DNA from: an uncultured delta proteobacterium
GTDB lineage: Bacteria > Desulfobacterota > Binatia > UBA9968
Reading direction: 5' to 3'
DNA: 64,000 nt
Assembly (NCBI GenBank): GCA_963816145.1
Contig: CAWFJP010000010.1
Span: 1-64,000 of the forward strand
Shown here: piece after piece, positions 19,326 through 30,221 of the stretch
How the letters are laid out: every line of letters starts with the position of its first letter
Position numbering within the stretch: position 1 is the first letter of the stretch
Program-made: the position numbers and the translations under genes
Notes under the pieces: model-generated
What the model was told of the DNA's origin: nothing
Database searches by the model: none
Seen by the model: only the letters and a program-made list of their open reading frames with translations

Positions 19326-21446
19326 ATGAACGTTTTACGAATTTGTAAACCTTTGCTATTAACAATGACGCTTTTCTTGGGTGGCTGTGGGCTGCTCGAT
19401 GACAGTGCGACTAAGAAGCCGTCCAATAGCGGGCTGATCGCTACGCCGGTTACGTACTACAGCACCTCCAGGGCGCGCTATCTCGGCGCCAAGTATAAGG
19501 AAAATCTCGACCGGTTAGTCGAACGCATCGTCCGTAATCCAAAGACTGCCAATCTCCAGTTTGCCAACAATATAGCATCGGTCGGCGGCATCGGTTTCTT
19601 TACTCATTCCGCGACCAAGACCGCCGATGAGCGCTATCTCGAAGTGGTTCTTGCGACGCCAGAAACCTTCGAGACCAAAGGATCTCATAGCGACAAATTA
19701 AGCCGGCTATTCTCCGTATATGGCTTAGATTTGCTGATGATCTTGAGCGGCGACAATGACATTTACCTGGATAAAGAGTTGACCGGCTACGGTCTCAATC
19801 TTTCCTGGCGCAATGTCATAGCCGATCCGGCGGGTAACCGCGTGACTCTCGAACGCGCCATTGTCTATCTCTCCAAGGAAAAAACCCGTAGCTTCTTGCG
19901 CCGAGATATCAATCAGAACGCCCTGCTGGCCGACGCCACGATCTTCGCGGTCGAAGAAGATGGTCCGCTCAATTTGATTTCATACCGAGCGCCGGAGGTG
20001 CGTCAGGAATATGGCCCAGCAATCCGCGAAGACGATATTGCCCCGACACCAGCGGCTGCCAAGCCGTCACAGCTGCCGCCAGCAGTGAAGACCGATGCGC
20101 CGGAACAAGGCAAGAAGGAAGCGCTCCCGCTAAAGGAAGCGCTCCCGCTAAAAGAACCGGTGGCCAAAGTTGCGCCGCCCAAGCCGCCCGTGGCCGTGGC
20201 GCAAAAAACTAAACCGTTACCGCCGAAAACGTCGGTGATGCCGGAAACGCCGGCAAAGCCAACTCCTCCGACACCGGTGATTGCGGCTCCAGTGGAAGCG
20301 CCGGTCGTCGAAGCTGCGCCAGTAGATTTCGCTAAAGTAGAAGTGCCAGCGCCGGTCACGAGTCCCGCGGCCGAGACCAAAGAAGTTACGCCGGTCGTTA
20401 AACCTATCGTGAAAAGTCCGGAGCCCACGCGCGCCGTGATGGAAGCCCCCAAACCTGTCGTCGCGCAGAAGATTCCGTCGCCGCCGGTTGTTGATGTCGC
20501 CCCGCCTGCGGTCGTTGCGCCGGCACCAAGAGCTGAGCGCGTAGAACCGCCGGCAATCCAAGCGAAACCGATTGAGAGGGCAGCGCCAGCGCGGGTTGTT
20601 GACGCGCCAAAACCGCCGGTGGTGGAGGTGGAGCCTTTCTTGCCGCTGGCACCGCCGGTTGCGGCGAGTGTGCCCGCGCTTGAAACGCCCAAAATTGCAA
20701 AGCCGGCGCCGCTGATCGCCGTGCCTGAAGCCAAGCCCGTGGAGATCGTCAGCGCACCGCCGGATGCCGTAATGCCGGTGCCATCATCGCCGCCGGTTGC
20801 GGCTTCTTTTTCGCCGCCTGCTCAATCTGTGGCTAAGAGTATGCCGCCGGTCATCGTTGCGCGAGTGCCAGCCGCAGCAGCAACGCCAACCCCCCCGGCG
20901 GAAACCAAGCCCGTGGAGATCGTCAGCGCACCGCCGGTAGCCGTGAAGCCGGCGCCGCCGCAGATGCTGGTTGAAACTCCTCGTTCGGTGCCTGTTCAAA
21001 CTGCGGCAAAGAGCCCGCCGCCGGTCATTGAAACACCAGCGCGTCCAGTTGCCGCACCAGCGACGCCAGTCGTCGAAAAATCCCCGGCAAAAGCCACTGC
21101 TGAACAGTTGGCGTCGCTCGTTCGTAAGCCGCCAGAAGCCGCGCCGATCAAACCGGCGGTCGCCCGTCCTGCAGCCCCTAAGCCGCTCGAAGGGTTCATT
21201 ATTCAACTGGCGTTCAACGATAAAGAGAGCGCGCAACGCTGGGCTGAGGGGATGGAGAAAAAGGGCTTCGCCGTATCGGTGACAGAAGCTGCCACCGAAG
21301 GCGCGCTGCGTGTTCGTCTCGGCAACTTTGCCTTGCGCGACGACGCCGAGCGCCAGTTAAAAGCGATAAAGCAAGAAGGTCTGAATGGGATTATCTTGAA
21401 TCTACCTCAAGCATTTCGGCCGGAAGCGCGGACGTCGATTCCGTAG
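19326..21446 (+). CDS. SPOR-domain lipoprotein with long Pro/Ala-rich linker
   Basis: Lipobox LGGC; ~220 aa globular region; ~400 aa P/A/V/K linker; C-terminal FIIQLAF..LRVRLGNF SPOR domain. Confidence 0.82.
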   Translation: MNVLRICKPLLLTMTLFLGGCGLLDDSATKKPSNSGLIATPVTYYSTSRARYLGAKYKENLDRLVERIVRNPKTANLQFANNIASVGGIGFFTHSATKTADERYLEVVLATPETFETKGSHSDKLSRLFSVYGLDLLMILSGDNDIYLDKELTGYGLNLSWRNVIADPAGNRVTLERAIVYLSKEKTRSFLRRDINQNALLADATIFAVEEDGPLNLISYRAPEVRQEYGPAIREDDIAPTPAAAKPSQLPPAVKTDAPEQGKKEALPLKEALPLKEPVAKVAPPKPPVAVAQKTKPLPPKTSVMPETPAKPTPPTPVIAAPVEAPVVEAAPVDFAKVEVPAPVTSPAAETKEVTPVVKPIVKSPEPTRAVMEAPKPVVAQKIPSPPVVDVAPPAVVAPAPRAERVEPPAIQAKPIERAAPARVVDAPKPPVVEVEPFLPLAPPVAASVPALETPKIAKPAPLIAVPEAKPVEIVSAPPDAVMPVPSSPPVAASFSPPAQSVAKSMPPVIVARVPAAAATPTPPAETKPVEIVSAPPVAVKPAPPQMLVETPRSVPVQTAAKSPPPVIETPARPVAAPATPVVEKSPAKATAEQLASLVRKPPEAAPIKPAVARPAAPKPLEGFIIQLAFNDKESAQRWAEGMEKKGFAVSVTEAATEGALRVRLGNFALRDDAERQLKAIKQEGLNGIILNLPQAFRPEARTSIP
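20731..20937 (+). repeat. 33-bp exact intragenic direct repeat (20731-20763, 20905-20937)
   Basis: CCAAGCCCGTGGAGATCGTCAGCGCACCGCCGG twice (KPVEIVSAPP); also an 18-bp tandem EALPLK repeat near 20118. Confidence 0.85.
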
Positions 21447-21517
21447 TCGTCGGCGTGAAGTCTCGATCCGATTCCGTGCTAGGCAATTGATGAAAAGCTA
21501 ATCCGTAGCAATGAATT

Positions 21518-22966
21518 TTATCTTGACGGTTTCAATTTCCGACGGAGAATTTCGTTGACCTTTTGCGGGTTGGCTTTGCCCTGGGTGGCTTTCATGATCT
21601 GGCCGACAATAAAGCCGAAGACCTTGTCGTTGCCGGCGCGGTATTGTTCCACTTGTTTGCTGTTGGCCGCGAGCACCTGATCGATCGCCGCTTCGATACT
21701 GCCCAAATCTGACACCTGTTCGAGCCCTTTTTCGCTGACGATCTGCTGCGGCGATTTGTCGCCGTCCATCATCGCTTCGAAGACACTCTTGGCGATCTTG
21801 CCGTTGATCGTGCCCTGATCGATCATTCGGACTAGCTCGGCTAAATGCACCGCCGGAATCGGCCAATTCTCAATATAGAGTTGCTCGTCGAGTTTGCGTT
21901 CCTTGAGCACGCGAAAAAGATCGCCGACGATCCAATTAGCCAGCGCTTTGGGGTTGTTATGAGCTTGTACTGCACTCTCGAAATAGTCGGCGACATCCTT
22001 GCGGCTAGTGAGGAGCTCGGCGTCGTAGGGCGGTATGCCATTTTCACTTTGAAAGCGTTGCTTGCGAGGCGCGGGCAGTTCCGGCAGTCCGGCACGGATC
22101 TCGTCGATCCAGTTTTCAGGGATCACCAGCGGCAGCAGATCGGGATCGGGGAAATAGCGATAATCATGCGCCGATTCTTTCGAGCGCATGGAACGGGTTT
22201 CTTCCCGATGCTCATCCCATAGACGAGTTTCCTGGACTAACATGCCGCCGTCGTTCAGGGCTTCACTCTGCCGGGCGATTTCAAATTCCACCGCTCGCTC
22301 GACGGCGCGGAATGAATTTAAATTTTTGATTTCGATCTTAGTGCCCAGGGTTTCGCTGCCGGCGGAGCGGACCGAAATGTTGGCGTCACACCGGAAACTG
22401 CCTTCTTCCATGTTGCCGTCGCAGACCTCTAAAAACTGCAAGATCGCGCGCAGCGTGCGCAGGTAAGCCCCGGCTTCTTCGGTGGTGCGCATGTCCGGTT
22501 CGCTGACGATTTCCAACAGCGGCACCCCGGCACGGTTCAGATCGACCAGACTGGAATCGCCGTGGGCGTCGTGGATGTTCTTGCCGGCGTCCTCTTCCAT
22601 GTGAATGCGCGTCAGGCGCACCCGTTTCATAGCCCCATTGAGTTCGAAATCGATGTAGCCGTCGCGGCAAATCGGCAGTTCGTATTGGCTGATCTGGTAA
22701 CCCTTGGGCAAGTCGGGGTAAAAATAATTCTTCCTTGCGAGAATGCTCGAGCGGTTGATTTCGCAATGCATCGCTAGTCCGGCTTTGATGGCGAACTCGA
22801 CGACTTTTTTATTGAGCACCGGCAGCACGCCGGGAAAGCCGCAGCATACCGGGCAAGTGTTGGCGTTAGGTTCGCGGCCGAATTGCGTCGAGCAGCCGCA
22901 GAAAATCTTCGAGGCAGTGAGCAGCTGGGCGTGGACTTCCAGCCCGATGACAGACTCGTATCTCAT
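21518..22966 (-). CDS. gatB: Asp/Glu-tRNA amidotransferase subunit B
   Basis: [36 protein letters not shown]. Confidence 0.98.
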   Translation of the reverse strand: MRYESVIGLEVHAQLLTASKIFCGCSTQFGREPNANTCPVCCGFPGVLPVLNKKVVEFAIKAGLAMHCEINRSSILARKNYFYPDLPKGYQISQYELPICRDGYIDFELNGAMKRVRLTRIHMEEDAGKNIHDAHGDSSLVDLNRAGVPLLEIVSEPDMRTTEEAGAYLRTLRAILQFLEVCDGNMEEGSFRCDANISVRSAGSETLGTKIEIKNLNSFRAVERAVEFEIARQSEALNDGGMLVQETRLWDEHREETRSMRSKESAHDYRYFPDPDLLPLVIPENWIDEIRAGLPELPAPRKQRFQSENGIPPYDAELLTSRKDVADYFESAVQAHNNPKALANWIVGDLFRVLKERKLDEQLYIENWPIPAVHLAELVRMIDQGTINGKIAKSVFEAMMDGDKSPQQIVSEKGLEQVSDLGSIEAAIDQVLAANSKQVEQYRAGNDKVFGFIVGQIMKATQGKANPQKVNEILRRKLKPSR

Positions 22967-22988
22967 GGGCAGAAGCTCCGAAATGCCG

Positions 22989-23089
22989 AATGGATAATGG
23001 ATAATGGATAATGGATAATTACAAACGTCGGAGACGGAACCGGCAGCGAATTGTTTTCGTTGTCCATTATCAATTTTCCATTATCAATT
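22989..23089. repeat. Heptamer tandem repeats arranged as an imperfect inverted pair between gatA and gatB
   Basis: (AATGGAT)4 at 22989-23016 and complementary TCCATTATCAATTTTCCATTATCAATT at 23063-23089. Confidence 0.85.
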
Positions 23090-24545
23090 AAATTGTGGGT
23101 TTTTCCGTATGCCATGCAGTTGCTTGCTCGTAGGTATGCGCGGTTCGCAAGATGGTTGCTTCGTCGAAGTGCTTACCGATGATCTGCAATCCGATCGGCA
23201 TTTGGTCGCTGTCAAAGCCGCACGGTAGAGAGAGGGCGGGCAGGCCTGCTAGATTTATCGAGATCGTGTAAATATCCGAAAGATACATTTGCAGCGGGTC
23301 TTGGATCTTCTCGCCAATCTTAAACGCCGTCGTCGGCGCGGTCGGCGTGACGATGACATCGCAGCGTTTAAAGGCTTCGTCAAAATCTTTCTTGATCAAC
23401 GTGCGCACGCGCTGGGCCTTGAGGTAATAGGCGTCGTAATAGCCTGCCGACAGCACGTAGGTGCCGAGCATGATGCGCCGTTTCACTTCCGCGCCGAAGC
23501 CTTCGTCACGGCTAATCATGTAAGTTTCAGTGAGATCTTTCGCCTCGGCTCGACGACCGAAGCGCATACCGTCATAACGCGCCAGATTGGAACTCGCCTC
23601 GGCGGTGGCGATGATGTAATAAACGGCGACGGCGTATTCGGTGTATGGCAGACCGATATCAACAATTGACGCGCCATGTCTCGCTAGCTCCCGAATCGCA
23701 TCTTTCACAGCTTTGAACACCAACCCATCCATGCCCGGAACAAAGAATTCTTTAGGCACGCCGATACGCAGGCCTTTGACGTCGCCAGTGAGCGCAGCGC
23801 TGTAAGCGGGGACGGCGCGGTTCGATGATGTGGAGTCGGCTGGATCGTGGCCAGCGAGCGCTTCGAGCAGCAGAGCGGCATCGCGCACGTCTTTGGTAAT
23901 AGGCCCGACTTGGTCCATGGACGAGGCGAATGCAATGATACCATAGCGGCTGACACGGCCGTAGGTCGGTTTCAGGCCGACGACGCCGCAACAAGCCGCC
24001 GGTTGGCGGATCGAACCGCCGGTGTCGGTGCCAAGCGCTGCGATACACTCGTCGGCGGCAACGGCTGCGGCCGAGCCGCCGGAAGAACCGCCGGGAATGC
24101 GTGCGAGATTCCAAGGATTGCGCGTTGGAAAGAATGCCGAATTTTCCGCCGAAGATCCCATGGCGAACTCGTCGAGGTTGGTTTTGCCAACGATGACGGC
24201 GCCAGCGTCGCGCAGTTTGGCGATGGTCGTGGCATCGTAGGGCGGCATGAAGTCGCCGAGAATCTTCGACGCGCAAGTAGTACGCACCCCATGGGTAAGA
24301 AAGTTATCTTTGACCGCGATCGGCATGCCCAAAAGCGGCGATGGTTGAGCTTCGGTGCTCAGTCGCGTGTCGGCTTGCTTGGCCTGTTCCAGGGCGCTGT
24401 CGTACGCCAAGGTGAGATAGGCGTGGACCTTGTCGTCGGTCGCGGCGATGCGCTCAAACACCGCTTCGGTAAGCTCGACGGACGAGATCTCACGGCGGCG
24501 CAGCTTCTCACCGGCCTCATGAAGTGTAAGTGCGGCAAGATTCAT
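23088..24545 (-). CDS. gatA: Asp/Glu-tRNA amidotransferase subunit A
   Basis: [38 protein letters not shown]. Confidence 0.98.
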   Translation of the reverse strand: MNLAALTLHEAGEKLRRREISSVELTEAVFERIAATDDKVHAYLTLAYDSALEQAKQADTRLSTEAQPSPLLGMPIAVKDNFLTHGVRTTCASKILGDFMPPYDATTIAKLRDAGAVIVGKTNLDEFAMGSSAENSAFFPTRNPWNLARIPGGSSGGSAAAVAADECIAALGTDTGGSIRQPAACCGVVGLKPTYGRVSRYGIIAFASSMDQVGPITKDVRDAALLLEALAGHDPADSTSSNRAVPAYSAALTGDVKGLRIGVPKEFFVPGMDGLVFKAVKDAIRELARHGASIVDIGLPYTEYAVAVYYIIATAEASSNLARYDGMRFGRRAEAKDLTETYMISRDEGFGAEVKRRIMLGTYVLSAGYYDAYYLKAQRVRTLIKKDFDEAFKRCDVIVTPTAPTTAFKIGEKIQDPLQMYLSDIYTISINLAGLPALSLPCGFDSDQMPIGLQIIGKHFDEATILRTAHTYEQATAWHTEKPTI

Positions 24546-24829
24546 TCGATGATTTTCGGCACTCGGAAAAATGTTTGGTCGTGCTCCGGCGCGTTGGCGA
24601 GCAGGGTGTCGGCGTTAGGTTGGTTGGAAACTTTATCGTCGCGAAGGGCATTCGAATTTTCCGTGGAATGGCTGAATAGCTCGACGTTGGCAGTATCGAG
24701 CTGGTTAAGTTTGTCCATGTAGGCGAGTATATGTTCGAGCTGACCGGTGATCTCGCTTTCTTCGTCCGTGGTCAGCCGCAGCCGCGCCAGCATTGCCACC
24801 CGTTGCACCGATTCGCGGGTCAATTTCAT
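24542..24829 (-). CDS. gatC: Asp/Glu-tRNA amidotransferase subunit C
   Basis: [20 protein letters not shown]; overlaps gatA start. Confidence 0.96.
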   Translation of the reverse strand: MKLTRESVQRVAMLARLRLTTDEESEITGQLEHILAYMDKLNQLDTANVELFSHSTENSNALRDDKVSNQPNADTLLANAPEHDQTFFRVPKIIE

Positions 24830-24945
24830 GGGAATTTTTTAACATATGGGCCTCGCCAATGCCACTCGGCTTTGCTCTGTTGTTGGCGCGGCCAGCGACG
24901 AAAATAATTTGCAGTTACTGGGGGTTCGGGCTAAAAATGAATGCC

Positions 24946-25674
24946 ATGCAGAGCCGCCAGTTGGAATTGGGAATGCGCCAAGGCGGGGCATTTCGGCCAT
25001 TCGAAGCGGACGCAGCGCTGCAGGGGTTTAAGGCGGTGGCCGGCGTCGATGAAGTAGGCCGCGGGCCGCTTGCTGGTCCGGTGGTGGCGGCGGCGGTGAT
25101 AATGCCGCGCGGTTTCGGCCATCCGGAAATCAAGGACTCGAAGATGCTAAGCGCCAAACAGCGCGAAAAGCTGGCGCCGATCATTCAGCAGTCGGCGGAG
25201 TGTTGGTCACTCGGCAGTATCGACGTCGATGGCATCGACCGCTTGAATATTTTGCGCGCCAGTCTGACGGCTATGGCGCGAGCGCTGCAAGGGCTATCGT
25301 CTCAGCCGGACTGTGCGCTTATCGACGGCAACCAGAGAATCCCGTCGGAAATTTTCGCTGAATTGGGTTGTAACACAGTTCAGCCTCTGTACCAGAGAAC
25401 CATCGTCAAGGGCGATCAGCTCTGTCTATCGATCGCCGCCGCGTCGATTATCGCGAAGGTCGCGCGGGATCAAATGATGGTCGCCTTCGACAAGCAATAT
25501 CCCGAGTATGGGTTTGCCGGCCATAAAGGTTATGGTAGCGCAGCGCATTTGGCGGCATTGCAACGCTACGGTCCGTCGCCGATCCATCGGCGGAGTTTTA
25601 AGCCGGTGCGCGACTTACTTGGCAGCGTTGATGGGGATCCGGCTGGGCGTTTTGCCAGGGTGAGTCGGCCGTGA
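24946..25674 (+). CDS. rnhB: Ribonuclease HII
   Basis: GVDEVGRGPLAGPV, DSK, IAAASIIAKV, HKGYG, HRRSF. Start uncertain. Confidence 0.96.
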   Translation: MQSRQLELGMRQGGAFRPFEADAALQGFKAVAGVDEVGRGPLAGPVVAAAVIMPRGFGHPEIKDSKMLSAKQREKLAPIIQQSAECWSLGSIDVDGIDRLNILRASLTAMARALQGLSSQPDCALIDGNQRIPSEIFAELGCNTVQPLYQRTIVKGDQLCLSIAAASIIAKVARDQMMVAFDKQYPEYGFAGHKGYGSAAHLAALQRYGPSPIHRRSFKPVRDLLGSVDGDPAGRFARVSRP

Positions 25675-26036
25675 GTTTTTTTCGCAAGCGGCTCGGTCAA
25701 GAAGGCGAGGATCTCGCCGCCGGATTTCTGCGTCGTAAGGGCTATAAGTTGGTCGAGCGCAACTATCGTTGCAAGACCGGCGAAGTGGACTTGATCGTCC
25801 TCGACCGCAAGGTGGTCGTCTTTGTCGAAGTGAAGACTCGCTCGGATCACAGCTTCGGCTCGCCGTTCGAGGCGGTGGAGGCGCGCAAACAGCGTAAGAT
25901 GATCCAGGCGGCGCGGTATTTTCTCCACGAGAAGAAGCTCGACCAGCGCGACGCGCGCTTCGATGTCGTCGGCATTTCCTGGCAGGGTGATCGTCCGGTG
26001 GTCGAGCATATCGAAAACGCCTTTGAAGTGAGTTAG
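25671..26036 (+). CDS. yraN: YraN family putative endonuclease
   Basis: GEVDLI..FVEVKTR..RFDVV; follows rnhB. Confidence 0.93.
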   Translation: MSFFRKRLGQEGEDLAAGFLRRKGYKLVERNYRCKTGEVDLIVLDRKVVVFVEVKTRSDHSFGSPFEAVEARKQRKMIQAARYFLHEKKLDQRDARFDVVGISWQGDRPVVEHIENAFEVS

Positions 26037-26047
26037 GGGAAAGAATC

Positions 26048-27319
26048 ATGTTGGACGTAAAACTATTGCGTGACGATCTGGCGCAAGTGCAGGCGCGCAT
26101 GGCAACGCGTGGCGGCGCGGTGGATTGGGATGAATTCGTCGCCATCGATCGCGAACGACGCGATGCCCTGGCGACCATCGAGCGCTTGAAGGAAAAGAAA
26201 AACCGCTTGTCCGGCGAGATCGGCAAGGTCAAAAAGAGCGGTGGCGATGCCAGTGCGCTGATGCGCGAGACCGAGGAGGTCAGCGAGGCGATACGCGTCA
26301 ACGAAGCGCCGCTGGCCGATATCGAGGCCCGATTCGAGCACTTCATGCTGACCCTGCCCAATCTGCCGAATCCCACCGTCAAGGTGGGCAAGAGCGAGCA
26401 TGACAACCGCGAAGTGCGCCGCTGGGGCGAGCCTGCCAAATTGGATTTCCAAGCACTGAACCATTGGGACATCGGTGAAAGCTTGGCGATCCTCGACTTC
26501 GAGCGGGCGGCGAAGATCGCCGGCGCGCGCTTTTGCGTTTATCGCGGTGCCGGCGCCAGGCTGGAGCGGGCGCTGATCAACTTCATGCTCGATCTTCATA
26601 CTAGCGAGAATGGTTATCTGGAGATGCTGCCGCCGGCGCTGGTGAACCGCGCGGCCTTGGTCGGCACCGGACAGTTGCCGAAGTTCGAAGAAGATTTGTT
26701 TCATCTGGCGCCGGGGGATTATTTTCTCATTCCCACTGCCGAAGTGCCGTTGACCAACCTGCACCGCGGCGAGATCCTCGAGCGCGAGGCCCTGCCGGTC
26801 AAATACGTGGCTTACACGCCATGTTTCCGCAGCGAAGCCGGTTCCTATGGCAAGGATGTGCGCGGCTTGATCCGCCAGCATCAGTTCAACAAAGTCGAGA
26901 TGGTTAAACTGACCGAGCCGGAGAATTCTTACGACGAGCTGGAAGCGATGGTGCGAAATGCTGAAGAAGTTTTGCAGCGGTTGAAACTTCCCTATCGGGT
27001 AGTTGAGTTGTGCACCGGCGATATGGGCTTTGGCGCGGCAAAGACGTACGATCTCGAAGTCTGGCTGCCGGGGCAAAACACCTATCGCGAGATCAGCTCT
27101 TGTTCCAACTGCGAGGATTTCCAAGCGCGCCGGGCCAATCTTCGCTACCGAAAAGAAAGGAAGGGCAAGCCGCTTTTCGTTCATACCTTGAACGGGTCCG
27201 GTTTGGCGGTGGGGCGAACGTTGGTCGCCGTGTTAGAAAATTATCAGCAGAAAGATGGCAGCGTGATAGTTCCCGACGCGCTGCGGTCGTACATGGGCGG
27301 CTTGGATCGGATCGGTTAG
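26048..27319 (+). CDS. serS: Serine--tRNA ligase
   Basis: [36 protein letters not shown]. Confidence 0.98.
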   Translation: MLDVKLLRDDLAQVQARMATRGGAVDWDEFVAIDRERRDALATIERLKEKKNRLSGEIGKVKKSGGDASALMRETEEVSEAIRVNEAPLADIEARFEHFMLTLPNLPNPTVKVGKSEHDNREVRRWGEPAKLDFQALNHWDIGESLAILDFERAAKIAGARFCVYRGAGARLERALINFMLDLHTSENGYLEMLPPALVNRAALVGTGQLPKFEEDLFHLAPGDYFLIPTAEVPLTNLHRGEILEREALPVKYVAYTPCFRSEAGSYGKDVRGLIRQHQFNKVEMVKLTEPENSYDELEAMVRNAEEVLQRLKLPYRVVELCTGDMGFGAAKTYDLEVWLPGQNTYREISSCSNCEDFQARRANLRYRKERKGKPLFVHTLNGSGLAVGRTLVAVLENYQQKDGSVIVPDALRSYMGGLDRIG

Positions 27320-27374
27320 TGACATTTGCCTTTCGCTGCCAGGTTGACGAAACGCTTGAGGAAGGAGTTCGCTG

Positions 27375-28379
27375 ATGGCAACTCTGGATAGATTGCTCGC
27401 GCTGCTGTCAATTGTCTTCTCGCTCGCTCTCGCGCAACCCGGGTTCGGGCAAATGCCGGCGCTCACGGTATTCTACACTGCGCCGGTGGTTTCCATGGCG
27501 CCGATGTGGATTGCCAAGGAAGCGGGTTTTTTCAAAAAACAAGGACTCGATGTCCGGCTTGTGTTCATCGCTTCGGGACCGATCGGGACGACATCATTAA
27601 TTGCCGGTGAAACAGACGTAGGTGTTATCGGCGGTTTCGCGCCGCTGCGGGCGATCGTGGGCGGCGCGAAAGAACTGACGATCATCGGGCAAAGCAAGAC
27701 GCTGATGGTCGGAAGTATCGTCGGCAAGAACGATATCGCCAACGTCCGCGAACTCAAAGGCAAACGGCTCGGTATCGACCGCATCGGTTCGAATCCGGAT
27801 ATGTACACCATCGCCGCGCTGGCGAGATTTCAGATGGACCCGATGCGCGACTTGCAATACATCCAGATGGGAACGACGAGTCAGGGAATCGCCGGGCTGA
27901 AGGCCGGCGCGGTGGATGCCTTTACGACCACGCCGCCGTACGATTTGATCGCCTTGCGACTTGGTTACAAAACGATCTTGGATATAACGACGTTGAAAAT
28001 TCCCTTTGCCGCCACGGTGCTGCTTTCGACGCGCAATGCCGTGGCGCGGAAGCAGGCGGACCTGGCGAAATTCACGCGCGCCTACGCTGAGGCAGTTCAT
28101 TACTTTCTAACCAATTCGGCGGGAACGGCGAAAATCGTCGCTCAGTACACGAAAGTGGAGGACCGGGAAGTTATCGCTCACGCGGTGGAGGCGGAAGGCA
28201 AGGCCATGGAAAAAACCCTGCAAGTCGATCCCAGAGGAATCGAGTTGATTCTCGGCCTGATCGCCAAAAGCGTTCCTCAGGCGGCCGCCGCCCGTCCCCA
28301 GGATTTCTATGATTCGCGTTTCTCCGCCGATTTAAGGGATAGTGGTTTTCTCAAGCGGCTATGGGGCGAAACACCATGA
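27375..28379 (+). CDS. Orphan NMT1/SsuA-family ABC substrate-binding protein
   Basis: Signal peptide; WIAKEAGFFKKQGLDV; LKGKRLG; no adjacent permease. Confidence 0.88.
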   Translation: MATLDRLLALLSIVFSLALAQPGFGQMPALTVFYTAPVVSMAPMWIAKEAGFFKKQGLDVRLVFIASGPIGTTSLIAGETDVGVIGGFAPLRAIVGGAKELTIIGQSKTLMVGSIVGKNDIANVRELKGKRLGIDRIGSNPDMYTIAALARFQMDPMRDLQYIQMGTTSQGIAGLKAGAVDAFTTTPPYDLIALRLGYKTILDITTLKIPFAATVLLSTRNAVARKQADLAKFTRAYAEAVHYFLTNSAGTAKIVAQYTKVEDREVIAHAVEAEGKAMEKTLQVDPRGIELILGLIAKSVPQAAAARPQDFYDSRFSADLRDSGFLKRLWGETP

Positions 28380-28449
28380 GAACGAGTTCGTCGGTGAAGC
28401 CAGCTAAAATTCATTGCTGTGTTCTGCGCTAAAATGCGACGTTAGTCCG

Positions 28450-28857
28450 ATGGCGAAATTATTTCTCGCAACGTTATGCGACGATGTCCGCGAGGAAAAG
28501 AGCGGCAAGTTTAGCCTGATGGGGCTGTTCGATCGCTTTATCGTCGCCGATTTCCGCGCGCCGCTGCCGCCCTTTTGGCTGTTCGTGCAGATCGGTTGCG
28601 ACCGCGAGGGCGAGCACGAGTTGACCGTCGAGTTCCGCCAGGTCGGCGGCCCGTCGGTGCTGCGCGCTGATCTCAAGCATGGCATCGCCGGCAAGAGCAG
28701 CATCACCGGATTATGCCATGCCAACGTCAATCTCCGGCTTGAGCATGTCGTCGTGCCGAACGCCGGTGTCTATGAATTCACTCTATGCGCCGATAGCCGC
28801 GAGATCGGCACATTGCCGGTTGAAGTGGTGCAGGCGGCGGCGCGAGTCGTGCATTAG
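28450..28857 (+). CDS. Hypothetical beta-rich protein (DUF6941-like)
   Basis: LCDDVREEKSGKFSLMGLFD and P.AGVYEF motifs. Confidence 0.65.
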   Translation: MAKLFLATLCDDVREEKSGKFSLMGLFDRFIVADFRAPLPPFWLFVQIGCDREGEHELTVEFRQVGGPSVLRADLKHGIAGKSSITGLCHANVNLRLEHVVVPNAGVYEFTLCADSREIGTLPVEVVQAAARVVH

Positions 28858-28898
28858 GATTGCTGACGAGATTAGCGGCGAGTCGCTTCGAGGAATCC

Positions 28899-29844
28899 AT
28901 GAATAGTTTTGGCAGAGAAATCCCGCTTGTCGATCTTGCCGGGTTAACATCTGCGGAAGATGGCGCGCAAACGCGCATGCTCGCGACCCTGCGTTCCGCG
29001 TACGAAACTTGTGGCTTCACGTATCTGCGCAACCACGGTGTCGCACAACCGCTGATCGACGCGGTGTTCGCACAGTCGCGGCAATTCTTTTCCCTGCCGC
29101 CCGGAGCTACAGAACCGCGCCAAGCCCAAGGAGAAGGGCAGCACGCGCGGCTACGAAGGCGTCGGCGTGCAGGCCCTTGAAGCGGGACGGCCGGGGGATC
29201 TGAAAGAAATCTTCCAATGCGGTACAGAGCCGGCGCGCACGCGGCCCAATGCGTGGCCTGGAGATATGCCGGAGTTTCGCCGAACTTTGCTGGCGTTTCT
29301 CGACGCAGCGAGAGCGAGCTGCGATGCATTGATGTCGGCCATCGCCTTGTCGCTTGGGTTACCGAAGAATTATTTCGTGCCTTATCACGACCGCACCGAT
29401 TCGACCTTGCGCTTGCTGCACTATCCAGCGTTGAGCGGCACGCCTGCTCCCGGTCAGTTGCGTGCGGGGGCGCACTCCGATTTTGGCGGTATGAATCTGC
29501 TGTTTCAAGACGATGAAGGAGGATTGGAAATTCAATCACCGGACGACAGCTGGATCGCCGCACCGGCAATTCCTGGCACGGCCATCGTCAACACTGGTGA
29601 TCTGATCGCGCGTTGGACCAACGGCATGTTTCGTTCGTCGCCGCACCGCATGGTCAATCCGACCGGCCCGGCGGCCGGCAAAGACCGCTACTCCTTCGTG
29701 CTCTTCCACAGCCCCAATCCTAACGCAATCATCTCATGCTTGGATCCTTGCCAAGGGCCGGATAATCTCCCGAAATTCGCACCGATCTCCGCGGGAGAGC
29801 ACTTGCGCGCGCGAGCTGAGGCGAGCCGGCGGCATGGGTATTAA
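28899..29844 (+). CDS. Isopenicillin N synthase-family 2OG-Fe(II) dioxygenase, frameshift near 29100
   Basis: IPLVDL..GFTYLRNHGV in frame 1; RLLHYP, HSD, H..R.S in frame 2; removing one C gives SLPPELQNRAKPKEKGSTRGYEG. Confidence 0.87.
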
Positions 29845-29959
29845 TGGTTATCATCGCAATTCGTCTGTTGCTTGTAACCGATTCGCCGAATCGTTATTCT
29901 ACAAATCGCTCGACGTGATTCTATTCTGATTCACCAGAGACTTGCCAAATTCAAATCTC

Positions 29960-30048
29960 GGAGGGGTGGGAGAGCGGTTTAATCCACCGGTCTTGAAAAC
30001 CGGCGCCCACTTCGTGGGCCGCGAGTTCAAATCTCGCCCCCTCCGCCA
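29960..30048 (+). tRNA. tRNA-Ser (anticodon TGA)
   Basis: GGAGGGG/CCCCTCC acceptor stem, CCGGT-CT TGA AA-ACCGG, long variable arm, TTCAAAT, GCCA end. Confidence 0.95.
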
Positions 30049-30063
30049 TTCTTCAAATAAATC

Positions 30064-30098
30064 GGTTCAAGGTTCCAGCTTCAAAGTTCAAGGTTTTC
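30064..30098 (+). repeat. Degenerate heptamer tandem repeat
   Basis: GGTTCAA GGTTCCA GCTTCAA AGTTCAA GGTTTTC. Confidence 0.6.
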
Positions 30099-30221
30099 GG
30101 AGCGCCATGGCAAATGCATCGTCTTCGATTTGTCGAGTTCTCCGTTTATCGGATCGTCGCTTGCGCAACTGTTTTGTCTCTGTATAGCTATTATCATCAG
30201 ATTCTTCAGGAGATGGGCTCG

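Noticed and set aside
22989-23089. Possible CRISPR array
   Set aside because: Units are 7 bp with no unique spacers; no cas genes in the window.
29950-30036. 11-bp TTCAAATCTCG just upstream of tRNA-Ser(TGA) and again in its T-arm, as an att site
   Set aside because: Too short, on the 5' side of the tRNA, and brackets no cargo.
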